Of a stretch of 64,000 nucleotides of DNA, positions 1 through 13,043 are shown in pieces; the stretch's first letter is position 1, and every line of letters begins with the position of its first letter. The notes below the pieces were generated by a model that was not told the origin of the DNA, did not search any database, and saw nothing but the letters and a program-made list of their open reading frames with translations. Origin of the DNA: Octopus sinensis (taxonomy: Eukaryota); contig NC_043026.1 of assembly GCF_006345805.1 (NCBI RefSeq), positions 5,518,001-5,582,000 on the forward strand, in the 5' to 3' direction. Position numbers and translations under genes: made by a program.

Positions 1-567
1 GCGTTTGAATTTCAGCCTGAAGTCTTTCTGTCTGTGAGTTCAGTTGAAAGAACTGGCAAAAATGTGATGATCCCTACTGATGAGGCTTATTTATAAATAG
101 TAGGAAGAAGTGGGCGTTAACGCCTCCTGTGTGTGTGTGTGTGTGTGTAGTGTGAAATTTGCACACAAGCTGTTATCTATTTGATCACGTAGACAAATGA
201 TAAAGCCTAGACATGTCCTACATGTGTGTCTCAATATTATGTCTATATATATATATACTCGTATGTATGGATGTGTGTGTGCTAGGTTCCCACTACAGGG
301 AAAAAGAGAAATACTTGCAAACACACACACACACACACACACATATAAATGTACATACAATTTTTTCTGTGTGCATAGATAGATGCGTATTTACATATAT
401 ATATAAATATAATACATACACATATATATATAATATATTTAGTGTGTGTGTGTATTGTATCTGCCTCCAGTCTAGTGATTAAGCAACTGCTATAATTAAC
501 AGTGTTACTAATTATGACATACAAAGTAAATACACTGAGAAACTATTTATATATATGTATACATATA

Positions 568-718
568 CGATGGGCTTCTTTCAGTTTCCATCTACTAAAT
601 CCACTCACAAGTCTTTGCTCGGCCCAAAGACACTTGCCCAAGGTGCCATGCAATGGGACTGAACCCACAACCATGTGGTTGGGAAGCAAGCTTCTTACTA
701 CAAAGGCACTCCTGCCTA
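568..718 (-). mobile_element. SINE family A (tRNA-like head), head fragment
   Basis: Reverse complement of the head of the full copies at 12839 and 47402. Confidence 0.8.
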
Positions 719-1629
719 CATATATATATATATATGTATATACATACATACATACATACATACATACATACAAAACTATATATGCAGACGTGTGTGTGTT
801 TGTGTGTGTGCATACTTACATATACATAGATAGTCACACACACACACACACACACACACATGTACTGAAGAGCCTTGTGGTTTGCTAGAAGCCTTGTCAT
901 TGGAGACTGACAGCTTCTTACGATGTAGAAAGGCAAAAGTCATCTTTTTATATTTCGGGAAATATGTAAATGTTACTTAACTGACCCTTTCCACATTGGA
1001 AGGGGCTCTCCATCTTCATCATTTTATTAGTTTCATATGTGTGCGTGTGTCCATTTGTATTGATTGGAGGGTCAGCGGTTCTCTCCCAGATGGGTCTCAG
1101 GATGTCATTTAGCGTTTAATATTTATTTTGGGTTTCGTTTCTATGGTGTGTTGTCCTTCCTAACATCAACTGTCTTACAGTGTCCTTGGTGCCTTCTTGT
1201 TCTGGATCCAGCCCAGGAGGGGATTAGAAGTGAGAAAGAGCGAGATATAAGGCATCTCAATAAATGATGAGAGTGAATGGTTGATATCAATATCAAATGG
1301 ACATTGGTGGGAGCGAGTGTATGGGGTACATGTACATCTGATGAGCTCCCTTATATGTGGACCCCAAACAGTACCAGAAGACTGATGTGCATGAGAGGGG
1401 TGTTTGGTGGGGGTGATATATGTCTCTTGGCTCTCTTGTTACAAGGGAATTGATGTAGAGGGAGCCATCGGAAAGATCCAGTGCTATCGTTAGTCACATC
1501 AATATGAGAGAAGAGGAGAGGGGCAGAAATGGAGATGAATAGGGGTATGTGATTGGAGAGGGGAGTGGTAGAAGGGGTAGTAGACACTGATGGGGTGGGG
1601 GGTATCTATAATGTGTATAAATTACAGTG

Positions 1630-2582
1630 AGAAGAGTCAAAATCAAAATCAAACCAAATCAATCATAAATCAAATCAGAAAGCAGAACCAAATTGAGGTT
1701 GATCAACATCAGTGGCACGTAAAAGCACCATCCGTTCGTGTCCGTTGCCAGCCTCGCCTGGCCCCCGTGTCAGTGGCACGTAAAAGCACCATCCGTTCAG
1801 TCCGTTGCAGCCTCGCCTGCCCCCGTGTCAGTGGTACGTAAAAGCACCATCCGTTCGTGTCCGTTGCAGCCAAGCCTGGCCCCCGTGTCAGTGGCACGTA
1901 AAAGCACCATCCGTTCGTGTCCGTTGCCAGCCTCGCCTGGCCCCCGTGCCGGTGACACGTAAAAGCACCATCCGTTTCGTGGCCGTTTGCCAGCTCTGTC
2001 TGGCCCCCGTGTTGGTGGCACGTAAAAGCACCATCCGTTCGTGTCCATTGCCAGCCTTGCCTGGTCCCCGTGTCGGTGGCACGTAAAAGCACCATCCGTT
2101 CGTGTCCATTGCCAGCCTCGCCTGGCCCCCGTGTCGGTGGCACGTAAAAGCACCATCCGTTCGTGTCCATTGCCAGCCTCGCCTGGCCCCCGTGTCGGTG
2201 GCATGTAAAAGCACCATCCGTTTGTGTCCGTTGCCAGCCTCGCCTGGCCCCTGTGCCGGTGACACGTAAAAGCACCATCCGTTTCGTGGCCGTTTGCCAG
2301 CTCTGTCTGGCCCCCGTGTTGGTGGCATGTAAAAGCACCATCCGTTCGTGGCCGTTTGCCAGCTCTGTCTGGCACCTGTGCGGATGGCACATAAAAAGCA
2401 CCCACTACACTCACGGAGTGGTTGGCGTTAGGAAGGGCATCCAGCTGTAGAACCACTGCCAGATCTGACTGGGCCTGATGAAGCCTTCCAGCTTCACAGA
2501 CCCCAGTTGAACCGTCCAACCCATGCTAGCATGGAAACGGACGCTAAATGATGATGAATGATGATGATGATGATGATGATGT
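1630..2582 (+). mobile_element. RTE-type LINE 3' UTR with 11 x ~61-bp GC-rich VNTR and (GAT)n tail
   Basis: Units gtggcacgtaaaagcaccatccg... start at 1711, 1772 and so on; followed by the conserved ttggcgttaggaagggcatccagc...ggacgctaaat(gat)n end. Confidence 0.85.
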
Positions 2583-2669
2583 TACATGCATACATTGTTC
2601 AATTTATTGTTTTTTTTTTCATTTCAGATTTTTTATTTATGTATGTACTTATATATATATATATATATT

Positions 2670-3030
2670 GTGCCCATGCTGGGGCACTGCCCTGAAACGT
2701 TTTAAAACACATGAATTGACCTCATTTAAAAAAAATATTTGATATTTATTTTATTGATTTTTTTTTGATGAACCACTGGGTTACAGGAATGTAAACACAC
2801 ACCAGTTGTCAAGCGATTGTGGGGAAGAAATACTCACAAAGATCTATGCATTTAGATGTATGTATACATATGATGGGCTTCTTTCAGTTTCCATTTACAA
2901 AATCCTCTTACAAAACTTTGGTGGGCGTGAGACGTAGTAGAAGACACTTGCCCATGGTGGCACCTGTGGGACTGAAACCAGAACCATGTGGCTGGAAGCA
3001 GACTTCTTACCACCAACCCACGTCTGCACC
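2670..3030 (-). mobile_element. SINE family A, degraded copy
   Basis: Diverged matches to both the head and the 3' half of family A. Confidence 0.7.
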
Positions 3031-3062
3031 TAAGTACTCTCTCACACACATATCTATATGTA

Positions 3063-3122
<60 letters not shown>

Positions 3123-4047
3123 ATATATATATGGCTGTATCGTCCTTGCTTTTCCATGGACAACATGGTGACATGGAGAGCAGAGGCTGGAATGCATGGG
3201 CAACTGCTGGACTTGTACCTCAGAGGGGAACTTTCTAAGTGCAATCCCATGGTCATTCATTACCGGAAGGGAGCCTTTATACTTTTACCCCCTTTCTCTC
3301 TCTCTCTCTCACACTCTCTCCCTCTTTCTTCTCCTCTCTCACTCTCTCTCTCTCTCTCTCTCTCGCTTTCTCTCTCTCTGATTGGGATTCATGATCAAAA
3401 GCATTCCATCCATGACCATCCCAAAATTTTACATCTATTTTCAACTGCACTGTCTAAGGGTCTTTTGATATAAGACAAGGGGTGTGATTAGCAGCAAAAT
3501 TGGCTGCTATTTCTTGTCTGTTGATTTACCACGTACATAGCCCCTCATTAGCTGAGAGTGTATGTTCTGTTTTGCTGATAAGAGAAGACTTTGGTCAACA
3601 TTGTTAATCCAATCTGCTAAAACACACAAAGAGAGAAGAGCAGTTTATCTGGAGATTATGTCATGTGTTGCAAGGTTGCTTAGAGAGTGAGTTGGGCGAG
3701 GGTGGGCATGGATGGCACCATTGTCATTGCTTAACACAGGACATAATGGGAACAAAGTCATTCCAAAGAATATATTTCAATATCTGAAGTGGTTATTGAA
3801 AGTGGTGTGTGTCACGTGGAGAGGTGACTGATTAACAAGTGCAAGAAAACATGTGTATGTATTGTGTGTACATGTGTATGTATGTTTATCCATGTGATGC
3901 ATATATGTGGGTATATATGTGTATGTATAGATAGATATATATGTGCATGTGTGTGTGTATATACACACACACACACACACACACAAACATATATATCTAT
4001 ATATATATATACATATATAGACAGCTGTATGTGTGTATATATGTGAA

Positions 4048-4380
4048 GGTGCATGGCTCAGTGTTTAGAGTATCGAGCATACGATCGTGAGGTTGTGAGC
4101 TCGAATCCCGGACTGGGCTGCGTGTTGTGTTCTTGAGCAAGACACTTTATTTCACGTTGCTCCAGTTCACTCAGCCTTAGAAATGAGTTGCAGTGTCACA
4201 GGTGGCAAGCTGTATTGGCCCCTTTGCCTTTCCCTTGGATAACACTGGTGGTGTAGAGTGGGGAGGCTGGTATCATGGGTGACTGCTGGTCTTCCATAAA
4301 CAACCTTGCCCGGACTTGTGCCTGGGAGGGTAACTTTCTAGGTGCAATCCATGGTCAGTGTCGTGACTGAAGGGGGTCTC
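4048..4380 (+). mobile_element. tRNA-derived SINE with CORE-like central domain
   Basis: A/B-box-like TGGCTCAGTG...GCTCGAATCCC head, then ttcttgagcaagacactt...ctccagttcactcagc resembling CORE-SINE middles; relatives at 12045 and 29125-29770. Confidence 0.7.
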
Positions 4381-4389
4381 TCAGATATA

Positions 4390-5660
4390 TAATGCATGTC
4401 CTAAAAGATTCGTGATTTGTCTGACTTCTATTTACTAAGATTTTGCTAGGTTAACTCTAGGCCCTTCTATTCTAGACCTTGCTTCCATACCTGAAACTTT
4501 TTCTCTAGTTCTGGAAGTGATTCATCTATTATAGCAAAGACATCAGCTTAGAGGAGCTCCCAGGCGCAGTCTGTCATACATTCCTCTGTTATTGCCTGGA
4601 GAACTATGATGAACAAGAGGGTGCTGGGAACCGATCCTTGGTGAATACCTACTTATAACCCTGAATTCTTCACTGTACTCCTTGCCAACGATCACCTTGC
4701 TGATTGCGTCCCTGTACACTGCTTGAACGGCTCACCAACAACTCGTCTAACCCTAGTTTCAGCATTGACGACCAGATAAGGGATCGGGGCCCCTGTCAAG
4801 GCTTTCTTTAAGTCAACAAAAGCCAGTACAGAGGTTTTTTTTGTTACATATTTCTCTTTGTTGTGGAGATCACTAGCATCTAAATCGGTCCAATAGAATC
4901 GAATGGATAGTTGTAGAACTCTCTAGAATATTCTATTGGACAGATTTAGATGTAGCACTCTCCATAACACTCCTGAAGCTGCCCTTCCAGAAATATAGCA
5001 TCAGAGGTGCTTCTCCCTGGCACCACAAAAACAAAGTGCATCTCTTCTAGACTAACTCTCTCCCTAATTAGTTTGGTTAGGACCCTCTCGGCAACTTACA
5101 TCATTTGATTCAACAATTTGATACCTCTGCAATTATTCCTATCTAAAGCATCACCTTCCCATTTGTAGCAGTTCACTATGGTGCTGCTACACCAGTCATT
5201 GGGTATGACTCCTTCGTGAACAACTTGATTTGAGTGAGTAGACCATTACCCACACACGCCAAGATATTTTCAGGATCTCAGCAGTGATTCCTGATGGACC
5301 GGGGCCTTTCCCTGTTTACATATTCTTAATTGCTTTATCTATCAAGATACTGTCACTTTTGATAGCTGGTCCCTCACTTGGGTCAAAATTTGGCAGACTC
5401 TCCTCCCATTCATTCTCTACGTCCAGCAGTCTTTCATAATGGAATTTCTAAGCCTCTTTCCTTGCCAAATCATTAAATGCTAGTGAACCATCATCCATGT
5501 GGACACATTTCTCTCCTATGACATCACAAATCTCTCTCATACACTGTCTTGCATTCCAAAACACTTCAAGACTCTGGTTCTCATGTCGCTAAACATAGGC
5601 AAACTTCTTTTCTGCTTCTCTCTTGGCTAGATAGACCTGTCCCCTAGCTTTCCTTCTGGT
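4390..5660 (-). pseudogene. Degenerate RTE-clade LINE reverse transcriptase fragment
   Basis: Minus translation gives AFVDLKKA, VGIHQGSV, LLFIIVLQAITEE, WELL*ADV (YADD destroyed) and LEKKFQVWKQG, with stops and frameshifts. Confidence 0.88.
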
Positions 5661-5800
5661 TATCTGATACAGTATCCTCCTACCCCCAAATCTTCTTGCT
5701 CTAATGGCCTTGTCAACAGCATTGTTCCTCTGCCATGTAACCCTAGGTCTGGATGGGACTTTGCACCAGCTGCAGATTTGGCACGTATATATGTAAACAT

Positions 5801-6092
5801 GTGGAGGCGCAATGGCCCAGTGGTTAGGGCAGCGGACTCGCGGGTCGCAGGATCGCGGTTTCGATTCCCAGACCGGGCGTTATGTGTGTTTATCGAGCGA
5901 AAACACCTAAAAGCTCCCCGAGGCTCCAGCAGGGGGTGGTGATCCCTGCTGTACTCTTTCACCACTCTTTCTTCTGTTGGCCTGCTCGCTTAGCCAGCGG
6001 GGTGGCATCATTCGAAGGCTAAACCATGCAAACGCATGTGACCAGCGATGTGTAACAACATCTGATGGTCTGGTTGGTCACGTGATCACGTG
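5801..6092 (+). mobile_element. SINE family C (tRNA-Arg-like head, tail type 1) with 12-bp TSD
   Basis: ATATGTAAACAT at 5789-5800 and 6093-6104. Confidence 0.9.
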
Positions 6093-6199
6093 ATATGTAA
6101 ACATATATATATGTATATATGTATCTATGTATGCATGTATGTATGTATAGGCATATGTACAAATATACGTATGTATGTGTCTACTTGTGTGTATTAGAT

Positions 6200-7190
6200 T
6201 ACTGGACCAGGTTATAAATGTCCCTGCCAAGAGCCGTAGCCCAGTTATGAAGAAGACAGTTAACAATGAGTCCAGCGAGATGAATTTAGTGTGCGAGTGG
6301 GAGTTCAATCATGGGTCATTCATGAGACCTCTCTTATTTTACATAGTCGTCAAGGCCATAACGGAGGAATTTAAGACTGGTTACCCATGGGAACTCCTCT
6401 ATGATGAAGATCTTGTTCTTACAGCTGAACCTTAGGAGAATTAATTTGAGAATTCCAAATGTGAAAACAAAACCAGGAATGAAAGGGTCTTAAGTTAAGT
6501 TGGGCAAAGACCCAAGTTCAAGTTAGCAGAAAATAGGGCAGTAATCCGTTTGGGTAAATGACCCTGTTCCATGTGTAGACAAGGTGTAGGCAGAAATTGC
6601 TTACAATGTCCTCAGTGCACACCATGGACGCATAAGAGGTGTAGTGGTATGAGAGGAATGTAAAGAGAGAGAGACAGAAGTTGTTTGTGGCAGATGTGCA
6701 GGAGCAATATTGTAATAAGAGAACATGGGAAATAGATGTTGTGGAATACCTAGGAGGCTCCCTAGAAATAGTAAGCAGATTCTGTTATCTAGGTGAGCTA
6801 ATTAACAGTGGAGGAGATAGACTGAAAGGATAGTTACTGGAATAAGAATGTGAGTGGAGAAAGCTTAGAGAACTTTTATGTAAGTTGGTAATGAAAGACT
6901 TTTCTCTCAGAGTGAAAGGTAGGTTGTACATGCCTATATACAAACAGCAAAGCTACACAGTTGTGTGAAAGTTAGGCGTTGAATGCAGAAGATATAGAAA
7001 GAGAAGAACTAGCATGCTCCCTGGATGTGTAATACCAGGGTGCTTTTAGGACAAAGAAATGTGCTGAGAAAATTGGAGACATCGGATGTGGTGGTACAAG
7101 ATAGATAACTGCGCTGGCATGGTCATGTAAGGTGGACAGAGGTGGAGGAAATGGTCTGATGACATTTTGGCACCTTGACTGGCAGGTTCT
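6200..7190 (+). pseudogene. Second degenerate RTE reverse transcriptase fragment
   Basis: ORF 6175-6435 contains KAITEEFKTGYPWELLYDEDLVL (YADD to YDED); RWHGHV-like motif near 7110. Confidence 0.85.
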
Positions 7191-7509
7191 AAGGATCGAG
7201 GAGCTCATTCTGTGAACCATATGGACTTTAGTGTTGATGAGAACACTCCAGTCGAGACTGTTTCCAACAGCTACTCCCAAGTCTCTACTTTTGGATGCTG
7301 TGAGTCGTTCTCTGATGGAAGAGAATATGGTCGGCTGAGGGCATTCTCTTTTGCAAACTGCACGTGTTCAGTTTGGTCTTCTTTGCTGCTTCAGTGTTGA
7401 GACAGTTATGGTAGAGATAATATGCTGAGGGTTGAACCTCGTTCACATCCCTTGCATCAATATCAGTGGGATGGCTAAAGGCAGTCAAACGAATCAACTC
7501 CTGTACTTT

Positions 7510-7770
7510 CTATGTTTTAATACAAGAACCCATTCTGTCGATCTCGTTTTGCCAAGTCGCTAAGTTACAGGAACATGAACACACCAACACTGGTTGTCAA
7601 GCAGTGGGAGGGGAGAGACAAACACACACTTGGAGATGATGGGCTTCTTTCAGTTTCCGTTTACCATATCCTCTCAGAAGGCTTTTCTCAGCCTGTGGCT
7701 GTAGTCGATGGCAATTGCCCAAGGTGCCATGCGATGGGACTGAACCCGGAACCATGTGGCTTTACAAAGT
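7510..7770 (-). mobile_element. SINE family A, degraded
   Basis: gatgggcttctttcagtttcc...gggactgaacccggaaccatgtgg block. Confidence 0.7.
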
Positions 7771-8233
7771 GATACTACACACACACATACACAGTTATCA
7801 TAGCTGTTGCTCTTATATCACACACACCGTACAACACCCATTAACGCCCCCTTCCCTACCCCAACTCCTCTTTATATATCTTCTGTGATATTGCACCCCT
7901 ATCAGCTCTTATCCTGTTTGCAGACCCTCCTCCCTGCCACCTGCCATCATTTATTGTGAAATTCTCTTCAACTTTGAGATTTGCCAAAGAAATAAGAATG
8001 GCAATATCAGAGGAACAATGACTCCTTGCATTATCTCCTTCACCTCAACTACCAACACCACTGCATTCACACACGCCCTTGCCTACACATCCATCTAGCT
8101 AATAGTCCTTTCTGTCCTTCTCTCTTCTGTCTGTCTGTCTTTCTTCACTCCCCTCCTCTCTCTCTCTCTCTTTATATTTATATAATATATCATAAATGTA
8201 TGACCGAGGTATGAACTGCAACTGCACAACATT

Positions 8234-8621
8234 GTGAAGTATATTTGCCACCTAAATATGGCTAACCCTTAAGGGTTGATGCTACTGTAGCTTGTAGCCC
8301 CAGGAAGACATCTCCTCCAGCTGGCTATTGACACACTTTCTGTGCCCTATCAGTATTTGCAAAGGGAAGCCGTCCTTCCCATCTTCAACCTGACGTGATA
8401 CACACGGACCCGAGTTTCTGGGCATTGACCTGTCCAGAAACTCCGGTCCATGTGTATAATGTCACACTGGAGAAGGGAACGATGGCTTCCCTTTGCAAAT
8501 ACTGATAGGGGACAGAATGTGTGTCAATAGCCAGCTAGAGGAAATGTCGTCCTGGGGCTACAAGCTACAGTAGCATCAACCCTTAAGGGTTAGCCACATT
8601 TAGGTGGCAAATATACCTCAC
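8234..8621. mobile_element. ~390-bp foldback/MITE (imperfect palindrome, ~185-bp arms)
   Basis: Left arm atatttgccacctaaatatggctaacccttaagggttgatgctactgtagc mirrors right arm gctacagtagcatcaacccttaagggttagccacatttaggtggcaaatat; centre near 8425. Confidence 0.85.
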
Positions 8622-8651
8622 GGTATATATATATGTATATTTATATATATT

Positions 8652-9240
8652 TTAGTGGGGTAGGTCAACTTCATTGACACCTGCTGCCTCACTGGTACTT
8701 TCTTTATCGACCCCTAAGTGGCTTTTTAATCCCCAAAACTGTTTGAAATTTGCATCACAAACAATGCAAATAAGTTTCACATCAAGTGGTACAGTGTTGT
8801 TTGTCTTGTCTGATTTATGGATATTTAAATGCCTTTTTAGACCAAGGCAGGACTTAAATGTCTTATTACAAATATGACACATGAAAGGCGGTGAGCTGGC
8901 AGAAACGTTAGCACACCAGGCGAAATGCTTAGGGGTATTTCGTCTTTACGTTCTGAGTTCAAATAATGCCGAGGTCGACTTTGCCTTTCATTCTTTCGGG
9001 GTCGATAAATTAAGTACCAGTTGCATACTGGGGTCGATCTAATCGACTAGACCCGTCCCCCAAAATTTCGGGCCTTGTGCCTAGAGTAGAAAAGAATATG
9101 ACACATGAGCATGTTTGCTAGAATGATCTTACAGCCAGTTTCATGAAGATGACTTCTCAGATGTGAAGTTAAGCAACTGAGGGACGACACAGTTTCTATG
9201 TTTAGCAAGGGCTTTCTTTGCTCTACTTCTCTTTTTATTT
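8652..9240 (-). pseudogene. LINE ORF2 C-terminus with C2H2 zinc fingers, interrupted by a SINE
   Basis: After removing 8885-9094 and one TSD copy the frame reads ...SCLTSHLRSH...CHICNKTFKSCLGLKRHLNIH...CIVCDANFKQFWGLKSHL...*; same layout as 51508-52072. Confidence 0.65.
8885..9094 (+). mobile_element. SINE family D with 14-bp TSD
   Basis: AATATGACACATGA at 8871-8884 and 9095-9108; head ggcggtgagctggcagaaacgttagc. Confidence 0.9.
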
Positions 9241-9410
9241 GTCCCTAGTTTTGCTTATTTTCTATAAAATCTTTCCAATTGGTATATACACACGTTCACA
9301 CACACACACACACAAAAGCAAGCGTGCCTGCGTGTGTATTATTCAGATTAATTTGTTTCTTATTTTCCAACATTATTTCAATTCTCCTCAAAATATATTT
9401 ATCCAGACTT

Positions 9411-9510
9411 NNNNNNNNNNNNNNNNNNNNNNNNNNNNNNNNNNNNNNNNNNNNNNNNNNNNNNNNNNNNNNNNNNNNNNNNNNNNNNNNNNNNNNNNNN
9501 NNNNNNNNNN
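9411..9510. other. Assembly gap (100 N)
   Basis: Run of n. Confidence 1.
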
Positions 9511-9524
9511 TATATATATATGTT

Positions 9525-9557
<33 letters not shown>

Positions 9558-9648
9558 GTATATGTGTATGTAATATATATATATATGTACATATATATAT
9601 TATATTAATATATATACAATATTTATATATATACATATATATATACAC

Positions 9649-9679
<31 letters not shown>

Positions 9680-10003
9680 TATATGAATGAACAAAGAAAT
9701 AAAAGGAGAGCTTAACATATCTGTTGGTCTTTCATCTCTAATCCTTTAAATAATGAGGAGTTGGGGCAAACAGCTTTTGGATATGTGGCTGTGTGTGCAT
9801 GTATGTATACATGTGTATTTGTATGTATGTGCCTCTGTGTATAAATATATGTGTGTTTGTGTGTGTGTGTCTGTGTGTGTATCAATCGAGAAAGAGAGAG
9901 GGGAATAAAGAGGTAGACAGACAGATAGGCATACATGCAAACGGATAGATGTATATATATATAATATGATACATTATGTATACTATATATATAATATTTA
10001 TAT

Positions 10004-10051
<48 letters not shown>

Positions 10052-10107
10052 ATATATATATATATATATTAGATAGATATATAATATATATATTATTATA
10101 TAGATAT

Positions 10108-10392
10108 AGTGGAGGCGGAATGGCGCAGTGGGTTAAGCAACGAACAACGGACTCGCGGTCGTAGGATCGCCGTTTCGATTCCCAGACCGGGCGTTGTGAG
10201 TGTTTATTGAGCGAAAACACCTAAAAGCTCCACGAGGCTCCCACAGGGGGTGGTGGTGATCCCTGCTGTACTCTTTCACCACTCTTTCTCACACTCTTTC
10301 CTCTGTTGGCCTGCTCGCTTAGCCGGCGAGGTGGCGTCATTCGAAGGCGAAAACAATGCGAACGCATTGTGACCAGCAATGTGTAACTACAT
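10108..10392 (+). mobile_element. SINE family C, tail type 1
   Basis: Near full-length match to 5801-6092. Confidence 0.88.
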
Positions 10393-10624
10393 CTGATGGA
10401 CTGGTCAGTCACGAAAAAAAAAATATATATATATATATGCATATGTAGCTATTACCTGTGGGTATATATGTGTGTGCGTGTCTGTATGTATATAACATAA
10501 TATGCATATGTGTATATATATATATATAATATATATATATGTAAGAATATATGCATGCGTGCATGCATGTAATATGAATGAGGTGTATATATATATTTAT
10601 GTATGTGTGCGCTTTGGAATATAT

Positions 10625-10657
<33 letters not shown>

Positions 10658-10730
10658 AATATACACATACACATATGTATGCATGCATATATAGGTATAC
10701 ATATGTATAAGATATATATACATATATGTG

Positions 10731-10798
<68 letters not shown>

Positions 10799-10967
10799 TA
10801 CACATACATAAATATACATACTTATACACACACACACACACACGCATGTATATGCAAGAGAGATGAGAGCATTCACAGGTGGTTTGGGTGAGTATTATGT
10901 AAGTACGACATAACTTAGAAGACAGCCTGTAGCCATTTCAAGACCAAACTATTCAATATATTATATA

Positions 10968-11712
10968 TTGTCATCATCACAATATATCATCGTCATCATC
11001 ATCATCATCATCATCATTGTCATCACAATCGTCATCACCCTCCTCATCATTATCGCTATTTTTATTGTCATCGTCAAGAACCATCTTCATCGTTATCATT
11101 GTCATTATAAATCATCGACATCGTCATCTTCTTCATTGTCATCGTCATCGTCATCGCCTTCGTCGTCATCCTCGTGGTCGCTGTGATCGTCATCGTCATC
11201 AATCATCATCGCCATCATCATCGTCATCATCGTCATCATCACCACCACCACTATCATTATCATCATCATCATCATCATCACCACCACCATCATCATCATC
11301 ACCACCACCATCATCATCATCACCACCACCATCATCATCATCACCACCACCATCATCATCATCACCACCACCATCATCATCATCACCACCACCATCATCA
11401 TCATCACCACCACCATCATTATCGTCATTACTATCAACATCGTCACCACCACCATCATCATCATCATTGTCATCATCATCATCACCATCATCATCATCGT
11501 CATCAACATCATCATCGACATCATCATTGTCATCATCATCATCATCACCACCATCATTAACATCATCGCATCATCATCGTCGTCGTCATCATCATCATCA
11601 TCATCATTATCATCATCACCACCGTCATTACTATCATCACCATCATCACCATCATCACCATCATCATCATCAGCAGCAGCAGCATCATCACCAATGTCTT
11701 CACTGTCATCAT
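10968..11712. repeat. (CAT)n/(CAC)n compound microsatellite with 21-bp higher-order unit
   Basis: Visible trinucleotide runs; caccaccac(cat)4 period at 11280-11415. Confidence 0.95.
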
Positions 11713-12044
11713 CATAGATTTTACACCTGCTATTTTTCTCCTGCTTTTCAGGACTGGATGAACAAATTTGTAGGGATCAGTAATGATTGGCGCAGACACC
11801 TTACCCAGTGTCTACACTCCCTTTTTTCCTAAGCCACACATTTTACTCCACTCATTTTCGACATTTGGAACTGGGAAGTTTCCAGAAGTGCAGACATGGC
11901 TGTGTGGTTATCAACAGAACTTTGTTATCTCTGAACTTTGCCCAGCCTAATCTTATTCGCACAGCTATGCTCTTGGAGCATCCACCTCCACTACTGATTT
12001 GGTCACCTGGGTAACGGAAGCTGTTCAACTACTTCTAGCTTACT

Positions 12045-12275
12045 CCACTGGGTGGAGGCTTAGTGGTTAGGGTGTCAGCACCATGATCGTAAGATTGTGG
12101 TTTCGATTCCCAGACTGGGTGATGCATTGTGTTCTTGAGCAAAACACTTCATTTCACGTTGCTCCAGTCCACTCAGCCGGCAAAAATGAGTAACGCTGCA
12201 ATAGACTGGCATCCCGTCCAGCTGGGGAACACACACGCCATAGAAACCAGGAAACTGGGCCCATGAGCCTGGTAA
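12045..12275 (+). mobile_element. CORE-like tRNA-derived SINE (tail type 3)
   Basis: gcttagtggttagggtg...gtttcgattccc head; tail gagtaacgctgcaatagactggcatcccgtccagc shared with 60970-61070. Confidence 0.8.
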
Positions 12276-12322
12276 GCTACTATAAATCGGCACGAACTTT
12301 CCGGACAACCCAATATATCTAA

Positions 12323-12362
<40 letters not shown>

Positions 12363-12383
12363 GTCTATCTGTCTATCTATCTA

Positions 12384-12427
<44 letters not shown>

Positions 12428-12838
12428 AACAGACACAGACACACAGACATATACACACACAGATATAAAACTTTACAATTTTTTATAACTTATTTGGGCA
12501 TATAATTAAATTAAATTACTTTGTGAAGTTCATTTAGAAACCTAATATATTTATTTTGTCAACATCAATGAACAGTTTATTAATTTACAAAAGAAAAATT
12601 TTATAACTATATCATAAAACAGCCACGGTATATTCAGCTAAAACTGGTTCCATGTAGACGACTTGCATGCTTGGAGAACTAATATAATTTGGAAACATAA
12701 TGAAGAATTAGCTGCAAAATATATTAGGCGAGCTTTTAAATCATATCAAGGCTTGTATCTATATAATTACGGTAGGAGACAGTGAATATTAACCATTTCA
12801 GGAATATATTTATAAAATATATACAAATATATACAAAT

Positions 12839-12999
12839 AGGCGAAGGAGTGGCTGTGTGGTAAGTAGCTTGCTAACCAACCACATGGTTCCGGGTTCAGT
12901 CCCACTGCATGGCATCTTGGGCAAGTGTCTTCTGCTATAGCCCCGGGCCAACCAAAGCCTTGTGAGTGGATTTGGTAGACGGAAACTGAAAGAAGCCTG

Positions 13000-13043
<44 letters not shown>

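Noticed and set aside
1300-1590. Possible Penelope GIY-YIG remnant (FPCNKR..., minus strand)
   Set aside because: Similarity too weak to support by eye; needs tBLASTn/HMM against PLE proteins.
1709-2519. 230-240 aa repetitive ORFs, also at 33056-33712 and 31260-31754
   Set aside because: Translations of the RTE 3' UTR VNTR; units vary by 1-2 nt, so frame is not preserved.
5801-5880. tRNA genes at SINE heads (also 10108, 31003-31075, 46348)
   Set aside because: A/B-box-like motifs run straight into SINE bodies, some with TSDs; no convincing acceptor stem.
9218-9715. ORFs spanning the N gap
   Set aside because: Artefacts of unknown bases and (TA)n.
10968-11832. Long poly-His/Ser/Met/Ile ORFs (up to 271 aa)
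   Set aside because: Open in several frames only because (CAT/CAC)n lacks stops; no splice context or domain.
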